64,000 bases of DNA from the human T2T-CHM13v2.0 reference genome, Homo sapiens: NCBI RefSeq assembly GCF_009914755.1, contig NC_060930.1; one strand, 5' to 3'. The notes below the pieces were generated by a model, which saw nothing but the letters and a program-made list of their open reading frames with translations, was not told the origin of the DNA and searched no databases. Positions 43,701 to 58,897 of this stretch are shown one piece after another. Position 1 is the stretch's first letter. Every line of letters begins with the position of its first letter. Both the position numbers and the translations under genes were made by a program.

Positions 43701-45630
43701 GACATGAGATTTTATGTCTTCTTTGAATTGAAGAACTTAATTTTGATTGTTCTTTTGCATGACATTTTAAATGTTCTACTTAAAGACCATTTTTGTTGAG
43801 TTCATGTAAATCCTCTCCCCTTGGTGAATGCTTAAGGGCATACATTTCAAGTGTCTCTTTGTTCTCTCGTGGTGATTAAAGATACCAACTTTATAGTGCC
43901 TCATCCACATGCCTCTCAAATTAGCCTTTTGCAGCCCCAAATGTATATCAGTTTCTTTCTTAGTGTGTGGTTTGTCTCTTGAAATTAGGCATTCATTCTT
44001 GGTAAGATATGAATTATTAATGACCCTTTTTGCTTCAGGAGGCACAGATCAATACAATAGTTAGAAGAGTTATGATTTCTATCAATTAAGATTTTAAAAA
44101 ACTTATAGTTAGCTCTATGCAGGGCATTGTGTAAATGCAGAAAGATATGATTCCTGCCTACAATCAGAGGCAGGAATCATAACTTTCTTGTCTTAGATTT
44201 TTAGGGATTTTAGGCAGAGAATTTGATGTGAGAAGCAATATTCATACAACTTCTTTTTCCTAGGGGGATCTCAAGATAATAACGTATGTAACCTCAATAT
44301 ATTTTACAGCAATAGGAGCTGTTTTTATTATACATAAACTTTGGCATTACTGGCCCTTTTTCAACAATAGGTGCTTGAGTGCTGTTATTTTATTGAATTG
44401 TCTTCATAACACACTAATAAAGAATGTGCGGTAGATATTATGAACCTGACTTTACAAAGAAAAAGGCAAGAGAGATGGCAGTGCTACAGCAAGTAGACAT
44501 GGGCTCTGTAATCAGACCTGAAGTCTTCGGAATAGTGTGTAAAGTCTCTATCATTTTGAAATTTATGGGGGAAGAAGGGCAGACTTTAGCTTCCTATCGT
44601 TATGATATCAAATAATTCAAAATAGAGAAGTGTGAATTTAACTAAAAAAGAATATTGTTTGTCTCCTCTGCCAAATGAATTATCAGATGGAAGAGGACTC
44701 TTGACATGTAAGGCCTTTGAAGAATGAATACTTTTTTTAAGAACATGAAATAAATAGACAACCGGCAGCTCTAACGAAAATATTGGAGACACTTTTAAAA
44801 CCACACTGTGGTTATCTTTTTCTTCAGACTTCTTGGCTTCCTTCATGCTTTTTTGTATAAGTACAAATATAGAAGAGCATAATCTTAACCTTTCTGAAAT
44901 ATTTTTTGTCTACCATAGAGATCCACCATCTCCCATTGGGTTTTGTGTTTATATCCGTAAAACAATTGAGAATGATTTAGGTGCAATTAAACTGGTAGGG
45001 GAGGCATCTTATTGTAATAGAAACTAGATGATATTGACTTCATTACTACCTATGTTAATATAATAAAACCTCAATTTGTTTTTGTTTTTTGGTGGCTCTT
45101 AATTTACAAAGAAAAATACTTGATGTAATTGAATCGATTTTTAAAATACCAATTTTTAAGAGATGTTCTGGTTTCTATAGTATTGAGACCAACTGGCTGT
45201 TGGGCATCATTTTGTAGTCATTACAACAGTCTCAGTGTTGCACATTTTATTTCTCTGTTTCCTCAGTACCTAACTCTATGTCTAACACATAGAGGGTGCT
45301 CACTAAAAGTTAATGAAGGAGTTAGTATCTAGCAAAATGTCACTGAGTGAGGTTCTGAATCATCAAGAAGTGTTCACTTTTGTTCTACGTGCTGCATTTC
45401 CTAAGGCAGGAAAGGGAACTGAAATGCCTTCAATTTTTTTCTGGCATTAAAGTTGCCAAAGGTTACTTGCATGAATAAAGTAAATTAATAATTGCTTACA
45501 AGCAGCATTCTCAGCGACTCCAGTTAGAAGGGTTTGAGGTTTTCATCCTTGTGCATTCTGTGGTTTGCTGAAGTTTTTTTCATACTCCTTCGTTCTGTGT
45601 TTCCTTCTATCTGAATATCGGCTGGGCTGA

Positions 45631-45843
<213 letters not shown>

Positions 45844-46278
45844 TAAAATTTAGTTTTAGAAACCAGTTTCAACTTTCTCTCTCTACCCAATTCCAAGTTT
45901 ACTAACAAGTGGCAAAGTGAACTGAATTAGCCTTGACCTCCTTTCTGTACCTGTGCTGATTACCAATAATCAAGATATAGAATAAAAAGCAGAGGGCCAG
46001 TGTGATTCACAGAGGGTGTGATTGGGCCCTCAACAACTGAGAGGGAGCTGTTGTTTAAATGAGTAACAGCTCATTTAAAATGATTCTGCTTCTAAGCTGA
46101 TAACATGAAACTCCCCTCTGTTACCCCTAAAAGGAAGCTTCTCTCACGTTAGACTTTGGTTCCCAATGTGTGACTTAGTAGAGTAAGGACTTAACTGTGA
46201 GTCAGAAAAACTGGGATCTGGTTTTGGTTCTGCTGCTAGAATCACACAATCACTGAATGTCATTAGTATGAGGAATCT

Positions 46279-47247
46279 GTAGATCAATCAGATACTCTTG
46301 TGATACAATAAGAGATGTATATTTGGTCTTTGTTCCCAGTTCCTGATATGGAGCTTCTAAAACCTTGTAATTTCCTGAGTGATAGGGATGATAGAAGCAT
46401 CTTTTGTTATAGTATTTGGTCTTTGTCCCTGGTTCCTGAAACAGAGCTTCTAAAACCCCTGTAATTTCCTGAGTGACAGAGATGATAATAGCATCTTTTG
46501 TTATTAATAAAAAGCCCCTCTCATCACACCAGAGTTTATCCTAATGAGGTGACTCTTCCTGTGCCCCTAGAAAGTTGCAGGATAGGGGAGGTTGCCAGAG
46601 GAACCAGCCACGTTATTAGTGAACTGAATCTGTCAGCCCACCCCCTGGACGCCATGGAAATGGAGAGGGGCTGGAGATTGAATGGACACCAGTGGCCACT
46701 GATTTAATCAGTCGTGTCTATGTAATGGGTCCTCCATAAAATCTCTAAACAGTAGGCTTCAGAGAACTTTTGGGTTGATGAACTCATCAACGTGCTGGGA
46801 GGGCTGTATACCTGCAGAACTCCCCCGAAGCTCCCCTGACCCCTTACTTCACCCTATACATCTTCTGTTTGGCTCCTCCTGAGCTGTATCTTTTATAATA
46901 AACCAGTAATCATAAGTAAAATGCTTGGCTGAGTTCTGTAAGTCATTTTAGCAAATTATGGAACCTGAAAAAGGATTTATGGGAACCCCTTGAATTTAAG
47001 GCTTATTGGTTAGAAGTACCAGTAACAACCTGGGACCTGTGAGTGCCATCCGAACTGGGGATAGTCTGGTGGGACTGAGTCCTTCACTTTTGGGATCTCA
47101 GGCAAACTCTGGGTAGACAGTGTCAGAATTGAATTGAATAGATTTGTAGGACACCCATTTAGTGTATGCAGAGAACTGGAGACTTGCCTGGTGTGGCAAA
47201 CACCTACACTTTTGGTGACAGAAGTGTTGTGAGTAAAAGCAGCTCAA
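46279..47247 (+). mobile_element. ERVL solo LTR (MER21-like)
   Basis: TGTGATAC start and CA end. Contains AATAAACCAGTAA and TGGTTAGAAGTACC..ACAACCTGGGAC, and an internal tandem duplication of about 94 bp. Confidence 0.75.
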
Positions 47248-47253
47248 CTTTCA

Positions 47254-47493
<240 letters not shown>

Positions 47494-47727
47494 TCAAAGC
47501 TGCTTAATGACAGAAGTGGTCAATGTGAAAGTCTCCTAATACCCAGTCTAGTGTTTCTTAGGGTTGCTGTGACTCATTGAATAAAAAGGAATGCCCATAG
47601 TCTGGACCTCAGTTTATTAATCTGTGCAAAGAGCCTTTGACTGAGAAGAGATTATCCCTAACAGTATTCCTTCACCCTTCTCATTCACTCTGCAATGACT
47701 TTGATTGAAATATTTACCCAATTCTAA

Positions 47728-47928
<201 letters not shown>

Positions 47929-49381
47929 TAACTACGCATGATAGCATTTCATTCCATAGCTATCTATGTTTTATAGACTTGTATGTGTGCATGCTGCAAA
48001 GATGTAGTAAAAATTGAATACTGTGTCTTTTCCAGCTTCATTATAAGTTTTGGAAAGACTTCTTACATAATCATTTTTGGGTAAACCTCTAAATGTACCT
48101 AATAAATTATGGGTTGCCACTGATAAAGGAATGATTGATTTCTATTTAGGGGGTAGAAAGAGAAGTGTGCTTCTGGAAAAAATACCTTCTGTTATTAACA
48201 TCTGATTTAGAGAATGGGGAAAATGATAGTAACTACATTTACAGTACCTAGATGGTGCTTATGTGGGGAGTCTGCCACTAGGTAAATAGATAATCTTTAA
48301 AGGGGCTGGTTGAAAGACTAGGAAAGGTATTTAAATGTAATTACAAGGCACCCAAGGTTGCAGAGACCTGCCTATAGATTCACTGAAAAAAAGGTAAGAA
48401 AAGAAACAAAAAGTTATTGAAACTTTTGGGGAATAGAGTAATCTAAGACCAACTTTTGCTTAAAGTAACTTCAAGAAACAGCTACACTAGATAAATTTCA
48501 CATTCAGAAAGTTTTCATCACTTCCAATCTGCCTATCAAGGTAGCCTTTAAAAACTGTGTCTGAATTTCTATAATTATTTGGCCTGTTTTCTTCTGAGAA
48601 CACAATTACTACAGCATGTAGGGATTTGAAATGCAACTCATTAATAACTTTGCAGCATGTTAATTACTCTCTTTGAAAATTTAAGTTAATGAAGGAGAAA
48701 ATGTGGGGTTTTCTTTTTAAGGAGTTTAATCCCCTGTCTTCCTGTGCATATAATACAGAGGGACTCTGTGTATCATTTTTATTTTATTTAATCACGGTTG
48801 TTTTGAATCCATCCTGAGCAGAGACAAATGGGCAGAAAAAGGACTGTGGATGGTAGAGTTCTGCTAGACCATTTGTTACCTAATAGCACTTGTTTTATCC
48901 TGCATGAAGGATAACATATTTAAAACAAAATTGGCTTTGTTATTTATTTTTAACTGTAGAAAATGACTTACTCTTTGTGAAATGTTTAAACAATACTAAC
49001 ATATAGGGAAAAAAAGAAAGTGAAAATCCCGTGAGATCCCAGAGGTAGTGTCTCTGTTAATATCTTAGTGAATTTCTAGACATTCTGTGCCTATATACAC
49101 AGTTTTTTATATAAGTGATAATACTATACATACTGATTGGTAACCTTGTTCTATTTGGTACAATGTCATGAATACAATTATAGGTTGATGAATAATCATT
49201 TTTAATGGCTATGTGGTATTCCATTGCATAGATGTACCAGCATAATTTATTTTATAATTTCTGATTAGTTAGGGTAAATGTCTATAATTTGACATTGTTA
49301 TGTCAAATAGTATTAGTCAAATAGTATTATACTTTCATATGGATTCACACACTGCTATTCACTAGTGCGAGCAATTGCTGA

Positions 49382-49766
<385 letters not shown>

Positions 49767-52412
49767 TCATTGTGTCTTTTGGATTTCTTCAATAACTCAG
49801 TGATGCATCAAATAATTTCATTCCCCCTTTGTATTTCTTCTTCTGTAAATTGTGTATTCATATCCGTTGCCTAATTTGTTTCATTAAAGTATTTGTAAGA
49901 ACTTATTCCATACTGAAAATTGGCTAGAATTTAAATGGGCATGAAACATTTGTAATAGGACCTTTCCTATCAAACAGCTTCAAACTGTTAATTGTCATTT
50001 CAGCTGGTCTAAACGACAAACCACCACTTATACCTTTGGTGTTCGTTTCCTTCTCATTGCATGGAATTGTTGAAATGGATTCTTGCCAGTCTCTTTCTTA
50101 GGAAAGGGCAGAAGGAAAATATCCGAAGTATAACAATTTGAATTTTTTAAAGCCTAAAATAATATAAATATATTTAGGATTCAAAATATTTTCTGTAAAT
50201 AGGCATTTCCTACATTCTTTTGACCTTGATTTCTCTGACCCCTCTTTAAACATCACCAGTGTTCTCCATTCATCATCGCCTCCTTATTTGCAAATATCAT
50301 AGCATGCTTTTCTCTCATTCTCACTATTTCTAAGGTCCCAGGCCTCCAAATGGCCTTTTCCCCACCTTTTCCTGTTCCCTACTCACTTGTTTTTATTATT
50401 CTCAATCCTTCTGAGTTTCAAGTTTCTTTTCCTTTGGGGATGTCTGGAATGAATCAGAGAAAATCCTCAACTAAAACGTCTTAATTAAATGTATTTTAAA
50501 ATGTTCTTTTAACTGGGTGCACATTTCATTTTTGATACTTATAATGGACTTCCTTATATTTCCTTCCAGTTTACATGACAAGTGGACAACCTTTTACTAT
50601 TAAAAAAAATACCATTTGTCTATATAAATTTCCAATGCATTGATTTTCTTAAAATTATGTAGGGAAAATGTATTTTTAATATAACCAGTGTTCAGTTTTA
50701 AATTAAACTATTGTGGCTGTTACTGAATTCACTACTACTATCAAATTTTCCTAGTTAAAAATTTTCCTTTTTCTGTTTCCCACATTCTCTAAAATTAACA
50801 TGTTAAACTTGCAAGAGCTAAAGTCGATGGATTATCTTGTTTAAATGTTATTTTGTAAAAATAGTTTTTATTATAGTGAGTGGTAGAATAAGAAAAGGAA
50901 CCTAGCAGGCCTAGATTTGTGTCCTGGGCTTCCTGCTAAGCAAGTTGCTTAACTTTTTTGGACCACATTTCCTTCTGCAAGATTATCTTGGCCTCATGAT
51001 AATCAGGGGGATTTATTCCAGCTCTAATATTTGATCATACTGTACCATGGCCAGTCATAGACATTTTGAACATTGAATAAGTTCAAATAGCTCTTTAAGC
51101 CATCTTTCCAAAGTATTATTTCAGAAAGCAAAATAAATGGCCAGATAAGCCAGCCTTCTTAGTATACTTCCTGGAGGAGAGAAAAGCAGTAAGTCTGGAG
51201 AAATTCCTTCTTTGAAGGAGATGATGTTTTCTCTAAACTGGCCTGTTTTAGATATTTCAGAATGACAACACTCCCCTGTTTTCCCTCTTTTGATCCTAAC
51301 ATTCATTCCTGGAGTAGTAGTAGATGAACAAGGGGGATTTGAATGTTTTAACATAAGGAAACATTCATTTCTCCCTTCTGGACTTAAAGTCTAGGGTATT
51401 TGTGTTGGCCTAGGAAATTCTTAATTTCATTCAGGGCTTAAATGGTAAAATACTTGACTGGTAAATTTCAGCTTTACTTATGATATGAGGCCTGAGGGGT
51501 TTAGGTGGCATTTTGTCAACTATTAACTCAGTTTGGCCAGAAGAGTTTTCTGAGTTTTCTTCTTTCTAGACTTTATATTTTCCAAAGCAAAAGAAAGGAA
51601 GATTTCAGGGCATTTTAGTGTGGAAGTTGTATTTGCTTGTAATGAATTAAAAGTCACTGGCTCACTGCAAGATTGTAAGAGCATAGCTGCCATGTTAAGG
51701 ATATGAATCCAATTTATTTTACAGATTTTAAACAGGTTTCCTAAGTACCATTAGTTATTTTTACAGGTAAGAAATATAGACCCTCATAACTGTCATTAGA
51801 GATACATCAAAACAAAATCGGATTATCATATTTCAAAAACAGGGCCTGTTCATTGCAAGTTGTCTGAAGGTAGTAAAACAGAGACTAACAAAATGAAGAC
51901 TATATAAGAAAAGTTAGGAAATATGGATAGAATGAGAAATTTAGCATAAACCTAATTTAGATTTTCCCCCAAAAAGAAAACAGAGACTAGGGGAAGGCAA
52001 CATCTGAAGAGATGACAGCTGAGAATTTCAGAGATGAATTAAAGGCCAGAATCTTCTGATGCAGGAAGCCCAGTGAAATCTAAAGCAGGATAGATAAAAG
52101 CAAATTTACATCTAGAATCGTTGTAATAAAAAGTGAAGAGTGCTGAAGATAAAGATCTTGAAAGGAGGCCAGAGTTGGTGGTTGGGGGCAGGCAGGGAGA
52201 GGCTCTTTTTTTAAAAAAAGACCGATATTAACACTGACAGCTCACTTCTCAATAGTTAATGGAATCCAAAAGACAATGAAATAATACTTTAAACTTTAGA
52301 GAGTACATAACATATCAATCTAGAATTATATACCCAATGGACCTAGTTTTTACAAATGAAGATGAAAGCATTTTCATCACTGCAAAAACTGAGATCATTT
52401 ACTGTTACTAGA

Positions 52413-52414
<2 letters not shown>

Positions 52415-52456
<42 letters not shown>
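52415..52456 (+). repeat. (AC)21 microsatellite
   Basis: Read directly from the sequence. Confidence 0.98.
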
Positions 52457-52458
<2 letters not shown>

Positions 52459-52717
52459 CAAACACTAAAGGATATACTTTAGGACAAAGAAAAATTATCC
52501 AAAAAATGTAGTCTGAGCTACAAGAAAGACTAATGAGCTGGGAAGGTCCAAATATGAGTAAATAGTAGCATTACATGAAACAATGACATTAATGTCTAAC
52601 ACGCTATAAAATTTTAAAAAGCAAGTACTGAAAGTGAGTGTATAAGTTAGTAGAAAGTTAGTTAAAGCAATCCAAGGTCCTAGTTTTATTCTAGAGAAGT
52701 GTTAAGAATTCAGCATT

Positions 52718-52912
52718 AGACCTGTATTGTCCAATGTGTTACACATTAACCACATGTAGCCATTAAAATTACAATTAAACAAAATTCAAAATTCAGTTTC
52801 TCCCTTGCATTATGTACATTTCAAGGGATCAGTAGCCACATGTGGCTAATGCCTCCCTTATTGGACAGCTCAGATATTCCTATCATCTCAAAGTTCTATT
52901 GGACTGTGTTGC
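52718..52912. mobile_element. MER3/MER33-like hAT relic
   Basis: TGTCCAAT ... CAGTAGCCACATGTGGCTA ... ATTGGACAGC pattern. Confidence 0.7.
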
Positions 52913-54227
52913 TTTACACATGAAGTAAAATATGCATGTTAAAATTCCTAGTATAATCACTGAAACAGAGGCACTAAACTAGAAGTTACAGTGCATTTCT
53001 AGAAGAGCATTAGGAAATGTTGGGTTATTTTTGGTGTCATAGTGACTGACATGGGCAGGTAACAGTGATCCTAAATATCGTACAAGGTTGAGTTCCAAGC
53101 CAGAATTGAATCCCACCCAAATGGCAATAGAAGAGGTATCACCAGAGAGAAACAGGTCCGTGAATAATGACAAATGGTCCAGTTTTCCAGAAATATGTAA
53201 GAATTTGAAGTGTGTGAGCATCTAATCATATGGCTTCATATATAAATGAATGAATAAGTGGACAAAATTACAAAGAAAAATGGACAAATTTGCCATTGTG
53301 GTAGAGATCTTTTAAAATAACTGTCCATAATTGATAGATCAAGTAAAACAATGATGAAGAAGATTTGAACAACAGAAATCTTAATTGTAATCTAATGCAG
53401 CTATTCAATCAGTGCACAACAAAAGGAGAATGTGAAATTTTTTTCAGGTGTCCATGGAATATTTATGAAAAATGCCCATGAAGCCATAAAGGTCATCTGC
53501 ACAATTTCAGAGACCGTATTTTCTGGTCTCAGTTCAAATAAGTTAGAAATTAATAACAAAAGATAACTAAAAAAGAGCCCACATGTTTATAAATTTAAAA
53601 ATTCTAACTCATGGGTCAAAGAGGAGGACATAATTTAAATCAGAGGATATAAGGAATTAAACAGTAATGTAAATAGTAACATAAGAACCTGTAGGAGACA
53701 ACTAAACCAGTACTTAGGGTGAAATACATGATTTTAAATACCAATATTGGAAGTGAGGAGAGCCTGAAAACTAATGAGCTGTTAATGGATAACTTAAGTT
53801 AGCAGTAAGGGTCATGATGCCAACAACATGCTTTCAGGTGTTTCAGAGAGGGGTGAAACAAATATTGCAAATTATTAGCAACTGGTGAATTTTAAGAGTT
53901 AGGTTTATAGATGCTTATTGTCCTATTTTTTCCAATTTTTTGTAGGTCTACTTTTTTTTTAAATAGGGGAAAATATTTCCTTTAAAGTCAGGAATAAGGC
54001 AAAGATGTTTATAATCATCACTTCTATTCAGCTTTATACTGAAGGTCTTAGCCAGTGCAATACGATAAACAAAAGAAATGAGAAATGTAAGAATTAAAAA
54101 CGAAGAAAAATTATCAGAATTTGCAGATTTTATGATGTCCTACCTAGAAAACCCAAAAGAATCTGCAGGTAAGTTATTGAATTTGTGTGATAAGGTTTCT
54201 AGAGGTAGAGCAATATGTAAAAAGTTA

Positions 54228-54502
54228 GGCCAGGCACGGTGGCTCACACCTGTAATCCCAGCACCTTGGGAGGCTGAGGCTGGAAGATCTTTTGAGCCAA
54301 GGAGTTTGAGACCAGCCTGGACAACACAGTGAGACCTCATCTCTACAAAAATTTTAAAAATTAACTGGACATGGTGGCCCATGCCTGTAGTCCCAGCAAG
54401 GTGGGAGTGAGCTATGATTGCACCACTGCACTCCAGCCTGGGTGGCGGAATGAGATCCCGTCTCAACAACAACAACAACAAAAAAAAAAAAAAAAAAAAA
54501 AA
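54228..54502 (+). mobile_element. AluJ with a right-arm deletion and a (CAA)n/poly-A tail
   Basis: Read directly from the sequence. Confidence 0.9.
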
Positions 54503-54547
54503 TTGTGTTTCTATATGTCAGCAACAACTAGTTAGAAAATATCATTA

Positions 54548-54890
<343 letters not shown>

Positions 54891-57800
54891 AATAGTAACC
54901 GAAAAATCTAAAGTACCTAGGAAATAAATCACACAAAAATCTCTAACACCTCAATGGAGAAAGTTTATTGAGAGACTTTAAGGAAATTCTAAAATAAAAA
55001 TATGTGTCATATTTGTGGGTAGGAAAAGTTATTGTTACAGATGTCAGTTTTTCCTCAAATTTATCTGTTATTTGATAATTCTAATAGACATTCCAATAGG
55101 TTTTTAATAGAACTTGACAAAGCTGATTCTAAACATATGGAAAAGCAGTGCTCAAAAATAGCCCAGACACATATAAAGAAGAACAAGAAGGTTGGTAGTC
55201 TTGTTCTACTGCATGTTAAGACTTAGGATAATTAGGAAAATATGCAGAGGTAGATGAACCAAAAAAACAGATCCAATAAATAGACCCATACATATATTCA
55301 AATGTTAGAAATGACAGAAGTAGCACTGAAGTTTAGTACAGAAAAAATGGACTATACCCGTACTTAGTGAGTCCTTGGGCCTGTAATACTTTTTAATATG
55401 TTCCTTAGTGATTGTTTTCAGAAGTGTGCCAGGCCCTGGGGATGTAAGATGGGACTTCACAATTGCCACCAGGTTATAACTTTGTATCTGGAGTCTGATG
55501 GCTCTAGCTCTCTGTGAAGTTCCAGAATTCTATTAAAATTGCATATAAATTTTTCTGGATGAGTGTTCATCAGATTCTCAAAGGCGTGTCTTGGCCCAAA
55601 AATGGGTAAAAGTCACTAACTTCTTGAGCATTTTATTTTATTTTTTATCACTGAGGTTCCGACTGTATGGCAGCAGGAAAGAGTGCATGTCATCAAATAC
55701 AGCTTGGAGTGTGAAGAGAGTAGGGGAAGAAAGAAAGTCTTCTCAAAGAAAAATATTGAGCTGAGTGTAGAGGAGTACAGATGTTTTATTCTGGCCCAGA
55801 GGGGAAAATGGAGGAATCTAGGCCAAGAAAACATTGTGTGCAAAGCATGGAAACAGAGCCTGGATCATACGGGGAACTGCAACCATGATTGGATTATGAA
55901 TAGTTATAAAGGAAATAGAGAGATATGGCAAGAAATGAAGCTGGCAAGCTCAGCATCTACCAGATACTTCAGGGATTTTTATTCTGTGCTAAAGAATAAT
56001 AATTTTGACATATTTCCACTTTTGAGGAAATATCTAGGAATAAATTTAGCATGTTTTGGAGATAGTTGTGGTGGAAGGGGTTGAGGTAGGTAGAGTCTAG
56101 TGAGACTTGCAAATTTCTCACCTAGTTTAATACCATTCTTCACAGTAAAGAACTTAGCAAGAAAGGCTGATTTTGCTGTTGTAGTTGTTATTGTTTGAGT
56201 GGGGAGGGGAGGACAATACTTTGCAGTTGACCTTTCCATGGCATATATTCAGGCGGAAAAGTTTCCTAGGCTTTATTGTGTATATGTTTTATCATATGTA
56301 TTGTATAGGTGATTGTAGATAAATATTTGGTTGAGACTCACTGGAATAACAGTTTGAAGCCACGGGAAGGATGGATGTTGAACAGGCTCTGGTGTGCAGA
56401 GGTCCATGGGGGCATGAAGGAGAGGCTGCAGTCCTCTCTTATCTTTCTCCCAGCCCTGCCACTGCAAAGTTTACCCTGGCAGCCCTAGATACTGTTTATT
56501 TAAGAGAACAAGGGAACAAACTTATAAGTAATGAAGCAGAGACGGAAGGCACATTCTTTTGGATACTGATCAGGGCCATTAAATGAGGATGGGTATAATA
56601 GGAAACAAGAGTAGGAAACAGAAGACCTGAGTGCCCATCTCACCAACTCCAGTGACCAGCTGAGCAACCTTGAGCAAGTCACTTATGTCCTGTGAGCCCC
56701 AGTTCCCTCATCTAAAGTCTATCTTCACCTACAGAGTTGTCATGTGGATGAAAGGAAACCCTGGATGAAGTTACTTTTAAAGTGCTGTATTGTACTGTTG
56801 GGATAGAGGTGGTGGTAAGGAACTAACTGCAGAATATTTGCTGGATTAGTTAAATGCCTAAGACAGGCTAAAATTCGTTTTTATAGGGTCAAAGTTATGT
56901 GATCATGGAGCAGAAAGAGACTTTATATAATTTTATAGATGAAAATGCAGAGATCCGCAAAGATTATTCACTTAATACTACTCACTTAACATTCCACAGA
57001 AATTTCATGTCAGAGTTTACATTGGAAGCCAGGCTTCCTCCCTTTAGGTGTGAAGTTCATTCAAACTGAATTAGCACTGTCATGCAGGGAGACCTTTCAG
57101 AAAGTAACTGATATGTTGAAGAACATGACAGAATTAAAACAGAGTATTGGATTCCTGAGGTTGTTTGTATCAGGAGTGCCGGACTATTACTCCATCTAGA
57201 ACAAAATGTGTTTATCTCAGTGTCAAAGAGGAGACTAATTTGCCTTAGACTGACTTACTTGCATCTCTTGCAGATGATTGGTATAGGAGCTTTCTTGAAA
57301 AATATACTAATTCAGTGATTATTCAACCAGAGTTATAATGGGGACAGAGCACTGTCAAAATAGGAAAGGCTTTTGGAAACTTCTCAAACGGCTGCCTCCC
57401 TCCTCTCTTCCCCTGGTTTTCCACATTATCCTTGTAAACAGCCTGCTACTCTGCTGCTCACACTGCAGTGCAATGAGAAATTTTATTGGTGGATTGTGCT
57501 TTGCATTTTAATATGTGAGCAGATAGACCACTGTACCAGTCTTTTGATAACAGTGCTTCATTGGTCCTAATTCACAGTGGACCAGTAATAGGATCCAAGC
57601 CTCGCTTTCAAAAACTGCGTTTCTTATCATTAAGAACAGTCTTCGAAATCAGATTAATAATAATGTCTGTGATGTATTGAGCTTTTAATATCTGTGATAT
57701 ACTGAGCTCTTACTGTGTGCTAGACACTCTGTGGAACACATTAGACATGTAATATTATTTATTCTCAATAATCCTATGAGGTGAGAACGTTTTTATTGTC

Positions 57801-58645
57801 ATTTTATGGTCAAGGAAAGTCAAATGGAGAGATCAGTAACTTTGTCCAGTGTCACTCAGCTAGATTTCAAATTTAGGTCTGACACTGATGCTGATGCCCT
57901 TTCCACACTTTCCAACCGTATCACCCATCTCAGACAAATCATTTAACTTCCCTTAGCTCACATTCTTCAACCGTAAAATGGTGATCACATGAATAGCTGC
58001 CCTACCCATCTTCACAGATGTTGGAAGGATAAAATGTGCAGAAACATTTTTCAAACTCTAAAGTGCTATATGAATGTCTTTTGAGTATTACTATTAATGC
58101 TGTCTATAAGGTGCTATTAATGTTTTTGTCTGTTATTTTCCTATAGTTTATTGCTGTCATAATAATTAATATCTTACCTAAAGCTTTTCTTTTAAAAGAG
58201 TAAAATTGGCAGTAGTTTCTGTGATTTTTCTGCTACTGCTGTTTTGATAGAGCAATTGAATGGTTCACCCTAATTTGGAGTTTCTGTGATTTGCAGAATC
58301 CCAGAAGCATTCAAATATGATATATTTTCTAGGGTTACCTGTGACTTTGTGTTCTAGTACCAGGGAAAACAAGTTCTTGTGGTAAGGGGGTGTATAAAGG
58401 CTTGATGTTTGCATTTTTTAATCTTCTCGTTAATGGCTTTGTGTTAAGTACAGCTGACACGCCATAACACTTCAGATGCCAGCATGAAGCTTGCTTGGTT
58501 CTGCCAAGTGTCTGATTTAAAGTGATTACCAGAGATCAATGATCATCCAACAGTCACAAGTCACCCTGGGGCAGCTCAGAATTCTTGGTTGCGCTCTGGG
58601 ACTCCGTCGTGCTCCTGTTCTCTGAGGGCTCCGTGTCATATATAA

Positions 58646-58897
<252 letters not shown>

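Noticed and set aside
49302-49329. Small tandem duplications (also near 342, 40411, 41943 and 57664)
   Set aside because: Ordinary slippage or duplication events; not arrays.
55683-56084. Longest track ORF (133 aa)
   Set aside because: Non-ATG start, purine-rich degraded repeat-like sequence, and no domain resemblance.
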